Shown here: one piece after another, positions 12,135 to 22,959 of the stretch
Layout: each line of letters opens with the position of its first letter
How positions within the stretch are numbered: the first letter of the stretch is position 1
Source of the DNA: Gonapodya sp. JEL0774
Lineage: Eukaryota
Assembly: GCA_027604505.1 (NCBI GenBank)
Contig: JADIIX010000013.1
Span: forward strand, 124,001-188,000
Length of the DNA stretch: 64,000 nucleotides
Direction of reading: 5' to 3'
The notes under the pieces: model-generated
The model's database searches: none
Seen by the model: only the letters and a program-made list of their open reading frames with translations
What the model was told of the DNA's origin: nothing
Translations under genes and position numbers: made by a program

Positions 12135-13006
12135 ATGCTCCTAACTCCCCCCGACTCCTTCGGTGTTGTCGAGCGAGGTGTCTACCGATCAAACGCACTG
12201 CATCCACTCCATTTTCCCTTTGTCAAGAACCTCAACCTCCGCACAGCCGTCATGTTGTCCCCAGAGGTGCCCATGCGATCCGTGACAAACTTTTTCGATG
12301 ATTCGGGGATTAAATTCGTGAGTGGGCGTGCTATCCACCGGGGGCGTATTCAGTGTGTGGTTGAGGTTTGGCGAGACTTCTGTTTCCAGCTGCATTTGGG
12401 TCACGCGTGGAAACCCAATCTTGAGGAGCTTATAAAAGAAGGACTAGAGCTTATTTTGGACAAGGCGAACCATCCAATGATGATAATGTGCACGTAAGGA
12501 TTCCGACTTTGCACGGGCGACCTCGGACTCAGGCCCACCCAACTTTTCACTCCTGGTGTTTGCATGGAAGTTCTGGCGTTCATGAAACTGGGACTCTGGT
12601 GGGATGCCTGAGAAAGCTTCAGGGGTGGAATTTCAACTCGATTGTCGTAGAGGTGAGGCAGTGTCCTGCTCTAAGTCCCCAAACACCGTAATCGCCGAAC
12701 GCGGTGCTTCTCGGAACCAGTATCACTCATTCGCCGACACGAAATCGCGATTTGCAAACGAGCAGGTGTGTTCGCCGAGTGCTTCGCTCAATGGACCGAG
12801 CTCACCGACCAGAGTTGATCACTAGTTCATCGAGCTGTTTGATCTCGATCTTGTTACTCTCCCTCAAGAACTACCCGATTGGTTCTTATATCACCAGGAG
12901 CTCACAGTGAGTCTATTTTTTCGCTTTGCGACTACTCTACGGACTTTGTGAATTGCTCGCTTCGTGAAAACAGGACGCAGAAGAATCCGCCATCTTAAGT
13001 GGCTAA
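12135..13006 (+). CDS. Siw14/Oca-family (Y_phosphatase2) protein, probably a pseudophosphatase
   Basis: PPDSFGVVERGVYRS, LNLRTAVMLSPE, MIMCT|SGVHETGTLVGCLRKLQGWNF, and EQ|FIELFDLDLV..P.WF. Confidence 0.85.
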
Positions 13007-13339
13007 CTATCCCCATGCTAACGTGAACGGCCAGAAGCTGACCAAGGCTCGCTGGTGGCGGTATCGTCCCCAAATCTGCCTCAGGTATAACGACCAAGTG
13101 CTCGCGCGAGAACCTCATAGATTGGTATTGGGAGCTCCTAGCTCACATTCACTCAGTGTTCTTTCAGCTGTAGTCCGGGCTCGGGGTCAGTGCTGATGGA
13201 AGATGGTGGTGTGGAACAAACTATTTGTTGCTTGCTTGCTTGGTTGTAGTGGGAGGTGGTGACCAAAGCACGAGTTGGGGTTGGCAAACGAACTGCCAGG
13301 AATCTTCTGTAGACAAAGATTAGCGGCGGCGAATAAACG

Positions 13340-14443
13340 ATGGATGGAGGAACCCGATATGCCCATCTTGCATTTTGTGTCGCGGGTGTCTACGTCTGCT
13401 TCCTCACATGGGGAGTTCTCCAAGAGCGTGTCACTTCTGCCAAATATCCTGATCCTCGAAATCCCGATGCTCCCCCTCAAAAATTCAAATGGTTCGTGTT
13501 TATGAACCTCATCCAATCAATAACTGCCACGTTTTCTGCTTTTCTCTTCATCCGGGTCCGAGGCCTCACAATCGGAAGCACATCCCTCGGCGTTGTGTCC
13601 CAGTACGCACGCATCTCCTTCATTCACTCTCTGGCTTCTCCCTTTGGATACGCGGCCCTGAAACACATTGATTATCCCACTTTCATCCTCGGGAAATCAT
13701 GCAAACTTGTTCCAGTCATTCTCATGGGTTGGCTGCTTTACGGCAAGACCTACCCGTTCTCCAAAGTCGCAGGAGTGGCGCTTATAACCACTGGTGTATC
13801 GCTCTTTATGCTTCTTCAACCAGCGGACAAAGGAGGGAAGCATGCGCAGGAATCGAGCAATCTTTGGGGTCTCATGCTTCTTGGCGCGAATCTTGCAATT
13901 GACGGGATAACCAATGCCTCGCAGGACGCAGTGTTCAAGCAATTCAAAGTCACATCTCAGCAGCTGATGCTCTGGATGAACCTTTTTTCGTCCCTCATAA
14001 TGGCCACGTGGCTCGTGGGCTCAAATCCATGGAACGGGGACCTGACGGCTGTGCTGGCATTTTGCAGCGACCACCCTGCAGTCGTGAAGGACATTCTCAT
14101 TTTCTCGCTGGCAGGGGGAGTGGGTCAGCTCTTTATTTTCTATACACTCGGGTCTTTCGGGAGCCTGGTGCTTGTTACAGTGACAGTTACCCGCAAGATG
14201 TTCTCCATCTTGCTATCAGTATTATGGTTTGGGTAAGTTTCAGGACCTTCATACGCGGTACATGAGAGGTTGATATTCCTGCTTTCGCGCTTTCACAGAC
14301 ACGAGCTTACGGTCGGACAATGGTTTGCGGTGGCGATGGTGTTCGGGGGAATCGCGCTGGAGGATTTAGTGGACAAACTAGGTCTTGGCAAGACTTTTCG
14401 GACAATGATAAAGGTGATAAAATACGATTCACATAAGGATTAA
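13340..14443 (+). CDS. HUT1: UAA-family nucleotide-sugar/ER transporter Hut1 (SLC35B1-like), copy A
   Basis: GVYVCFLTWGVLQERV, SPFGYAALKHIDYPTFILGKSCKLVPV, DGITNASQD, and LVTVTVTRKMFSILLSV. One intron, 14233-14298. Confidence 0.92.
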
Positions 14444-14550
14444 CTTGCTGCCATAGAATCATCGACGAATGTAAATATCTCCAATCTTGGCATGATCAAC
14501 CATCGTGCACGTGACCAAAGTCGTGCTTCATTTCCCCGTCATCCACCGAA

Positions 14551-16032
14551 ATGGCGGGTACAACTCGAAGTGACCTCACGCACCTGATACTCTGCTGTCT
14601 GGGCATCTACGCCTGTTTTTTGACATGGGGTCTTCTTCAGGAGCGGGTCTCAACAACTCCATTCCCCAATCCTGCGAATCCCGAAGATCCCCCTGTCAAG
14701 TTCAAATTCTTCGTGTTCCTCAACATGGCCCAGTCTGCAGCCGCAGCTGCTTGCGCTTTTCTTGCAATAAGAGCTCGTGGGCACAGTTTGGGAACTCCTT
14801 CGCGGGAGCTCTTCATGCTCTATGCGGTCGGTGATCGCTCCCTCTAGCAACCCTCTCCAACGCTCACACACCTGAAAAACCTCTCGTTGACGACTCTCTC
14901 CCTGTTGTAGCGGGCGGCTGGGCTGAATTCTATTGCCTCTCCTCTGGGATACACCTCACTGAAACACATTGACTATCCCACCATGCTTCTTGGGAAGTCG
15001 TGTAAACTCGTGCCCGTGATGGCCGTCGGTGCACTGGTGTATCGAACACGGTATCCGTGGTACAAGGTTGTCGGCGTAATACTCATTACGATAGGCGTCT
15101 CGGCGTTCATGATTCTTCACGAGTACGCGGGAAACGCAAAATCCAAGCCTGGAGGTCCGACTGGCAACAGTTTGTTTGGACTCGGGTTGTTGGCGACAAA
15201 TCTGGTGCGTCTATGAAACGCATGCGAAATGCGAAATCAGAGCATTTTTAATTGATTCGCTGTTCCGGCCAGGTGATAGACGGTCTCACGAACTCTACTC
15301 AGGATTACATTTTCCGCCAACATCGTGTAACATCCCAGCAAATGATGCTTTGGATGAACTTCTGTGCGGCCGCCATCATGTTTGTATGGCTTCTTCTCAG
15401 CGAGCCATGGTCCCGCGAACTGAGCGGTGCCCTCACGTTCATGACGACACACGTTCAGTGTGCCGCGGACGTCGGGCTGTTTGTGGTGTGTGGAGCGATA
15501 GGACAACTGTTTATTTTCCACACTCTGGGCGCGTTTGGAAGTATCGTGCTCGTGACCGTTACGGTGACTCGAAAGATGCTGTCCATCATTCTTTCAGTGG
15601 TATGGTTCGGGTGGGTTATTTTTTGAGGCAGATCGTAACAGAGTACTAAAATCTGACGACCCTCTCTGACGGTATGTTCTTCTCAGCCATCAACTGACCT
15701 TCACTATGTGGCTTGCGGTGGCAGTCGTCTTCCTCGGTGTTACATTTGAAGATCTCGCTGCACGACTCGGATGGGACGCATTGGTTCGGCGACAACTGCC
15801 CGTCGCCGCTCCCCGACTTGCTGCTTTCTTAGGGGTTACGGGCTCTCATTCCAAGGTGTCCAGTCGTGGGAAGGGGCCGGGGGATTCGGACGGCAGCGGT
15901 GAGGATGAGATTTTGCCTGGTGGGACTCCGCGCCAGCCGCGAAGCGGGTTTCGGAGGCTTCGAACACGGCAACGAGAAGAAATGTCGGCCGTGGCAAACG
16001 GGTCACTCGGAGAGCTGCTACGAGGGCGATAG
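14551..16032 (+). CDS. HUT1: Hut1/SLC35B1-like transporter, tandem copy B
   Basis: Same motifs as copy A (GIYACFLTWGLLQERV, HIDYPTMLLGKSCKLVPVM, DGLTNSTQD, VTVTVTRKM). Introns at 14827-14910, 15205-15272 and 15611-15686. Confidence 0.9.
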
Positions 16033-16127
16033 AGTTGGGTGCCATAGAGGACACTAGAGATCAGACATGCAATGATATTTAAAGCCTGCTTCCAACATGT
16101 ACAAGTCTAATCATGACTAGACATCAT

Positions 16128-18343
16128 TTACAGTTCGTCGTGAGCGGCTAAAATCGAAATGGTGAGGTTCGGTGGTTGCAAAAAGCGATTTGGCGAATGA
16201 GTACCCACTTCCACCAGTTGTCTCTTCCGGTTCCTCGGGAGTCAAACCAGTCTTGTTACTGAAATGTGATTGTGATGGTGAAATTTGGAATCCAGGGCGG
16301 CCATCCAGGGAGCTGTTATTCCAAAACTCACACAACGTTGCCCTCCAAGAACTCAACCAAGCTGGCGTAACTGCGGTCGCCCTCGTAGGATACGACTTCC
16401 TTCGAGCCGGCCTTGAAGAGAACAATCGTGGGGAATCCTTCGAACAGCGTCACAGAAGAAGGTCACGATAATGCTGAGGTGGAAAACGGGAAGCAGACTC
16501 TCACCCTGAATCTCCTTGAACGGAGATTCCACTGGAATGTCGTTGACGGTCGCGTCCATTTTCGCGATCACAACCTTATCACGGTGGGACTCGTACGCTT
16601 CGGCGAGGGATTCCCAGGTGGGGGCAAGCTTCTTGCAGTGACCACACCACGGCGCGTAGAACTCAACGAAGACTTCAGTTTGCCACAAAAAAATCATGCG
16701 AACAGAGTTGATTTGGAGCCGCATGCCAACAACCCATCCCTCCGATGCTCCACGTACCATCCTTTGACTCGTCCAAAACAATGTCGTTGAAGTTCTTGCC
16801 GACCAACACCCTGACGTTCCCATCGAATGGCTCCGCCGGAATCTCCTCCGATTTGAAATGTGCTGTGAGCTCGCCCTTGGTGTAGGCAGTGACAAACGTG
16901 GCGAGGGCGTCGGCGGTGATCTCGGCACTCTCGTCATAAACGAATTTCTGGTTGTTGGCGATGACTTGAATGACAATGCCTGGATACTTGGTCAAACCAA
17001 GGTCCTTGCCGTGGCCGTCGAATTGGTTGGCATCAATGTGGCAGAAGTTGATCTGACCCTTGTACTGGGCAGCGACCTTCTCCACGATGGGTTTGTACTT
17101 GCCCAATTCCTCCTTTGAGGTCGCGAAAAGGTAAAGTAGGGGAAGACCGGTCTTGACGTAGTTCTGGTAGTTGCTGGGGCCAACCTCGTCAACCAGGGGA
17201 AGAGCCGAGGTCTGCACAAAGGCAGCGAGAGACTCTTTGTCAAAGCCCAGTGCGGAGTCGTAGACGTTCTTGCCCTCGTCGAACTTCTTGAAAAGAATGA
17301 CGGAGGGTGTGGTCACTTCGTATTTCTCCACCACTGCCTCATCGACAGTCGCACCGAAGACGAAGTCATCGCGAAGAGTACCGGCTACCTCGAGGAGGGC
17401 CTTGTACCTAGAAGTCATTGCCATTTCAAGGAAAGACCAGGTTTAAGTGAAAGTCACAAATGATAATGGCGGGGAGAGATTGCGCGTTTGTGCTCACTCA
17501 ACGGTGTCTGTTGTGTTGAAGAAACCAACGATCACAACTTTGTCAGAGTCGATAAAGCTCTCCACGTTCTTGGCGGTAATCTCAGACAGAGCAGGGAGAA
17601 GCTGCCTGTCGATTGCCGATGGTGGTGAGGAAAGGCGATCCTGAAAGCGAGGGTACATTGCACTCACTTTTTCATGTACCCGACAATGCTGTCAGCCTTA
17701 CGTTGGCCTCCATAGTCCGACGGAGACCCACTCCTAAAGACTTTCAACGTGGGGTACCCTATCCGCAGATGCCGTGGAGTTTAGCACGGTTTGATCCATA
17801 GCAAACCAGAGGACATAACTCTCCACCCACCCCTCACACCCTGGCCGGAACACACTTCCTCCTCAACAGTGCAATCAACCTTGGCGATTGGGATACCGGT
17901 GGATTTGAGAGTGGTGGCGGCGATTTCGTATTCGGGGGCGAGAGCTGTGGAACCATCGGCACACGAAACAATCTCGCCGATCAGCTACACAAACCTTATT
18001 AGGGGCGATGCGGGGCATATCAAGTGGAACGCACCTTTGCAGTGACCACACCATGGTGCGTAGAACTGGGAATAACAGAAACAGCAAAGAATTTTCAACA
18101 CCGTGAACCTCATAATTAAGCTGAGGAGAATCCCATATCTGGGAGAACCCCTCACGCATTCTCACATCAACACTGGATGTTGCCACGTACCTCAACCAAA
18201 ATAAGTTTCTCGTTGCTGATCGTCTTTTCAAAGTTGGACTTTGTCAGCACCAAAACATCTGAGGAATCCGCTGCCTGAACGGAGCCCAACAGAACGGCGG
18301 TGGCCGCGAGTGCGAGCGTGATGAGGGCAAATCGTGATCGCAT
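16128..18343 (-). CDS. PDI1: Protein disulfide isomerase (a-b-b'-a')
   Basis: Signal peptide [14 protein letters not shown], two [10 protein letters not shown] active sites, [17 protein letters not shown], and a C-terminal HDEL* on the last micro-exon. Confidence 0.96.
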
Positions 18344-18651
18344 TATAAAGTAGGGGAAGAATTGGGACGGGAACTTGTGAATTCGGGCGTTTTGAGCTTG
18401 AAATGCTCGACAAGAAGACGTCCGTGTTGCTGGCAAAGGACTTCACCGCAGCACTGCTTGAACAGCTGGATATTATTTCAATATTCTTTGCATTACGAAA
18501 CGCAATAAACATTCGATATTATGTAAATCTATTTATCATTACTGTAATACTGACGGTCGTTTGATATTAAAAATTAGTTATCCGCTACCCACAACAGCAT
18601 ATCCTCACCGCGGGTACGGGGGGTGGGCTGAGCGCGGAATGTCCTCCTAGT

Positions 18652-21600
18652 TCAACGCGACTCTCGCCTTCTCCTACCTGCCGCCCCTGCACCTTCTTCA
18701 TCTTCCGCGGATTTCCACCTCTCCCACGCCGTCTCATTCTCCCCCCACCTGTCCCCAATCTCCTTTTCGGTCCTCTTCACCCGCACCATACTGGCCTCGC
18801 TCAAAGCCCTAGCCAGGCCTCCCAATCTGCCATAGTCCACCGTCCAGCCGAGCTCAACACGCGGGTCCCGGTTGCCGAGGCGTTCACGGAGCGTTGGGGG
18901 GCGTGTTTCGACGGCTTTGGTGATGCGGCCGTGGATGGAGAACAGCTCGACAGAGAGGCTGGTGTGGAGGCAAGCAAAACGGGAGTAGAAACCCACGTCT
19001 AAGACGGTGGTAGGCGTGCGAGGCATTGGTGCACGAATTCGTGCGTGGTGTGGGAAAGATGGGCGTCAGATCAAGGACGGCGTCGCAGATCCAACCACAG
19101 CCGCCTGTTCGCACACACATTGTCACATTCCCCCAACTGAACAACCCACCTTTCAAACTGACATACTCTTGTCTAAACTCCACCACTTCTGGAAACTCCT
19201 TCTTGATCTGTGTCTGCGCTGCCTCCAAATTGGGAACCTCGAACCCCACGCCGACGAGCGGGCTGTCCCCATTTTGGGCCGTGGAGCGTTCAGGTTTCTC
19301 AAGGTGTTCCGATTCCAAAAGTTTCTCGTAAAAGCACAGGCAACACGAGTCGTCGCGGCTTGAGGAGGACCCGAAGAGATACGTGTGCCGGGTGAGACCT
19401 GGAGGTGGGGGGAAGCGGTGGTATTGAAGGGTGCAATACGTGTAACGTGGAGTGATATTTTTCATCGGTGAAATTCGATGGAAGGTTAGCTTCCTTCCTC
19501 AGCATAATCAAACTCCAATACCAGAGCCAGCTCCCCCTGCCCCTCTTCCAACCCACCCATCACCACCTCCTCCGAATCCACAACCTGAAACCCCTCTCTC
19601 GCCTCTCCCTTGCCCCCTTTCTTCCCCTTGACATCCTTCTTTCCCACCCCCACCCCCACCACGTTCCCAACCCCGTTGGCCCCCCCGCCTCCTTTCCTGG
19701 CCACGGAAAACATGGCCACATAAGTCTCGGCGACCCTATTGACGTGCACCGTGGGGAGCACGTAGTACCCAAGTCTCGCGAACCAGTCCTTGAGCGGCGC
19801 AGAGGTGGTCGCCGTGGCGGCCGATGCGACAGAGGCGAGCGTGGTGGAGGTGGGTTTCGCAGCAACACCACCACCGCCTCCGCCGCCGGCACCGGCACCG
19901 TTCGTTCCTGTCGGAGCCGCCGCGCCACCTGCGGGGTCCATGTGGTGTTCGGTGAGTTCCACGAGGCGGACTTCGAGTCCGTTGGGGTCGGTGAGGACAG
20001 CGAAGACGAGGTCCGAGTGGAGGGTCGGGGGAACTTTGGGGGGAAAGCCTTGGGACGGGACGTAGGATGGTGGGTGGTGAGGTGGTGGGGCGGAGTAGGA
20101 GATTGGGGAGCGTCAAAGGTGAGAGGATGAGATGGGAGGAGCAAGTACCACCTCTGGAAGCACCCGGGTCGGCTGTCCCAAATGCCACCATATCCCAACT
20201 GCCAACCCCCCAAACCCGTAGCCCCCCCGCCCCCACCACTGTCCCCCACTCCTCCCCCTTTTCCACGCCACCGCTCACCTTTCCCCGCCAATCTCTTCAC
20301 CACCCTCGCCAAAAAATGCACGTAAATGACCAAATACTCGCACTCGTGCTTCCTCTGCTGCTGCACCTGCCCCTGCCCTTGCAGCCCGATCCCCATCCCC
20401 GACCCCACCATCGCCCCCGACGCACCCTTGCTCAGCGATACACTCGACCCGACAGATCCCATGCCTGATCGTGCGGCGCCAGGTGCGGTGCCCGAGCTGG
20501 TGCCGGTGCCGGTGCCGGTGCTGGGACCCGACGACGGCGGGCGGAGGGAGATGGTGGGCAGTGGGGGGAGGCCAGAGGGAGATGAGATGGAGGTGGGTGA
20601 GATGGAAGGGTGGGACGATTTGGTGGGTTGGGGCTTGGGTGGGGGGGCGAGCGGAATTTACGGAGGTGGAGGTGGCGGGGCGCCGGGAAAGTGAAGGGTT
20701 GGTCAGCGCAGTGAGGTGGCGGGACGGTATGTGCGTCGCACCCTCTCCGTCCCACAAACCAGGTGCACTCCACCGACCACCGAACCACCCAACACCCCCG
20801 ATATCGTTCCCGTTCCCGTTTCCCGTTCTTCTCCTCCAACCCGCCACCCGCCAGTCGTGACCTCGTCGTCGACCCGCACCGGGATGCGGAGATCAACGAC
20901 GTCCGACACGGCGCACGGACACGGACCACCTCTCTACTGCCGCGCTTTCACCATTTTTCCCCATCCCACCGCGGCGGCGTCCACCTCCTTGTCCTGGTGT
21001 CCGTTCGCGATTTTCTTCTTTTACGTTTTTCGTTACGGTCTCTTGTGCCTTCTCGAGCTGCTCCCTGCAGCAGGAATACGGCCCAGGCCCAGAACCTATT
21101 TCCTTGCCCCGCTGCCCATTCCGCGGCCCCGACGCCCTACCCGGTCGGTTGACCCCCTCATCCCTCCCCCCCTCCCCCCACCTCCGCCCCCAAGAATTCC
21201 TTCGGGCTCCGGCATCCTCGCCGCTCCCCGTTAACTCGTCCCGACTCCCAAAACGTGTCGGTCAGTGCGTGCGTGCGAGTCCGCGTCCGCGTCCCCGTGC
21301 GTGTGCGTTCGTTCCCCTGCACGCCAATCGCGAGAGGTAACCGTCAATGCGAGGGAGCCACGGCACACATGCCTGGTGGGTGCCCTTTTCGTTGCGATGG
21401 CGGGGTGGCGTTCTGCGGGTTTGCGAGTTCCAGAGTGTCTTGCGAGGTTGACTTGGGACCACACACAGTAGTGCGGGAAAGGAAGCAACGCCGGCGTGGC
21501 GAAGATGGGGACGGCTGGTCGGCGGGGTTGTTTCGTTCGTGCGGGATAGGGAGTGTGAGGATGGGCGTGCAGGGGCCGGCACGGTGGGAGCAGACCACGC

Positions 21601-22531
21601 TCCGGTCCTGGGGTTCTGGGGTCTTGGGGCGCTCTTGACACCTCCACCTGCTGAATGCTGGAGCTCGTCCCACGCCCACCTTGACCGAACGAACCCACAA
21701 AAACTCCAGCCCGTTCCATTCCTCCATCCGCCGTCGTCGTCCGCCTCCTCCTCCTCCCCCCTCCTTCGACAACCCCCTCCCCTCACCTTCTGCCAATCAA
21801 ACAACAACCACAACGAGTTCTCGTTGAACCTGTTGTTGCTGGTCTTGAACTGGTAGCAAGTGACGGTGCGGACCTCTTGGTCGACGGTCCAGTCCACCGT
21901 CATGCCGAGCGTGGAGTAGAAGTCGTGGGTGGCGGGTTTGTCTGGATTGCGAAGGGAAGGAGGTGGGTTGGATGCAGACGGAGAGAAGGCGGGTGCGAAG
22001 GTGGTTGGTTCTGTGTTCCGTGCTGTGAAATGGGTTATGGCTCGTATGTCCTTGGGAATGGTATCACGGCCTCACGGCCTGCGATTCCCGACTCTTTTCC
22101 ATTCCTTGTCGCGTGAATGGGATGCACTGAAATGATGACTTCGCCCTCCGGCAGCATGCACAAGGTGAAACATCGCCTCCGATTCCAACCGACTCTCTCT
22201 TTCCCTCCCTCGCTTGACTGCGCTCGCACGCGCGTTCTTCCGCTCTCCCAATCTCCCGCTCTCCCTTGAACCGACCTACGCATCGAAACCTCAGGTACTT
22301 GAACTTGGACCTGTCGATACCCCTAAACTCAAGGAGCAAGTTTTTCGGTGTTCCGTCAGCGTTGAGTTTTCTTTTTGTGTTTTGGAGTTTTGACTGGGGT
22401 TTCTGGACTGAGTTTGAATGGATGTGGGAAGACCCGATGATGCGTCCAGAGACGACGGCAGGAGCGTTTGGGAATGATGATGGGGCGACAGAGGGGCGGC
22501 GCGATTGAGCGGGGATGGAGATGGCTGCCAT
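18652..22531 (-). CDS. Uncharacterised multi-exon protein with VOC/glyoxalase-like beta-alpha-beta-beta-beta segments
   Basis: Fragments DFYSTLGMTV, EYLVIYVHFLARVVKRL, AVLTDPNGLEVRLVE and VGVGFEVPNLEAAQTQI are separated by G/C low-complexity stretches and GT-AG introns. The middle exon structure is unresolved. Confidence 0.6.
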
Positions 22532-22959
22532 CGCCTGTTGAGGGGGTGCGGATGGTCCGGATGGGGTCAGTTTATGGTACAGGCGGGGACGGACAGCGAT
22601 GATGGACTTCAGAGTTGTCGCACGGTTCCCAACCCAATATTCTCAACCCGATTACAGAAGCAGAACAAAGAGGGAACGGAAAAAGCTGAATTCGCACAGG
22701 CAGAAATATCGACCAAGACTGGAGTGGACTGGGAGTACGGGAGAAGAAGGGCGAAAATAGGAAGTCAAGACCGAATAAATATCGAAGCAAGTGAAAATAA
22801 CGAAATTGGTTTAGTTGGTCGATTCTTGAACGCCGTGGGGAATCCATTTTGTCATGATCGGTGCTGGAGTCAAGTGCTTGCGCACCCCGTTGACCAGAAA
22901 CCGGCGACTCGTTGCTGAATTGAATCCAACTCGACTTTGTTTTCGCCGCTCGCTAAACA

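Noticed and set aside
22532..22959. Rpn4/PACE element upstream of PRE5
   Set aside because: No GGTGGCAAA-like match was seen on either strand.
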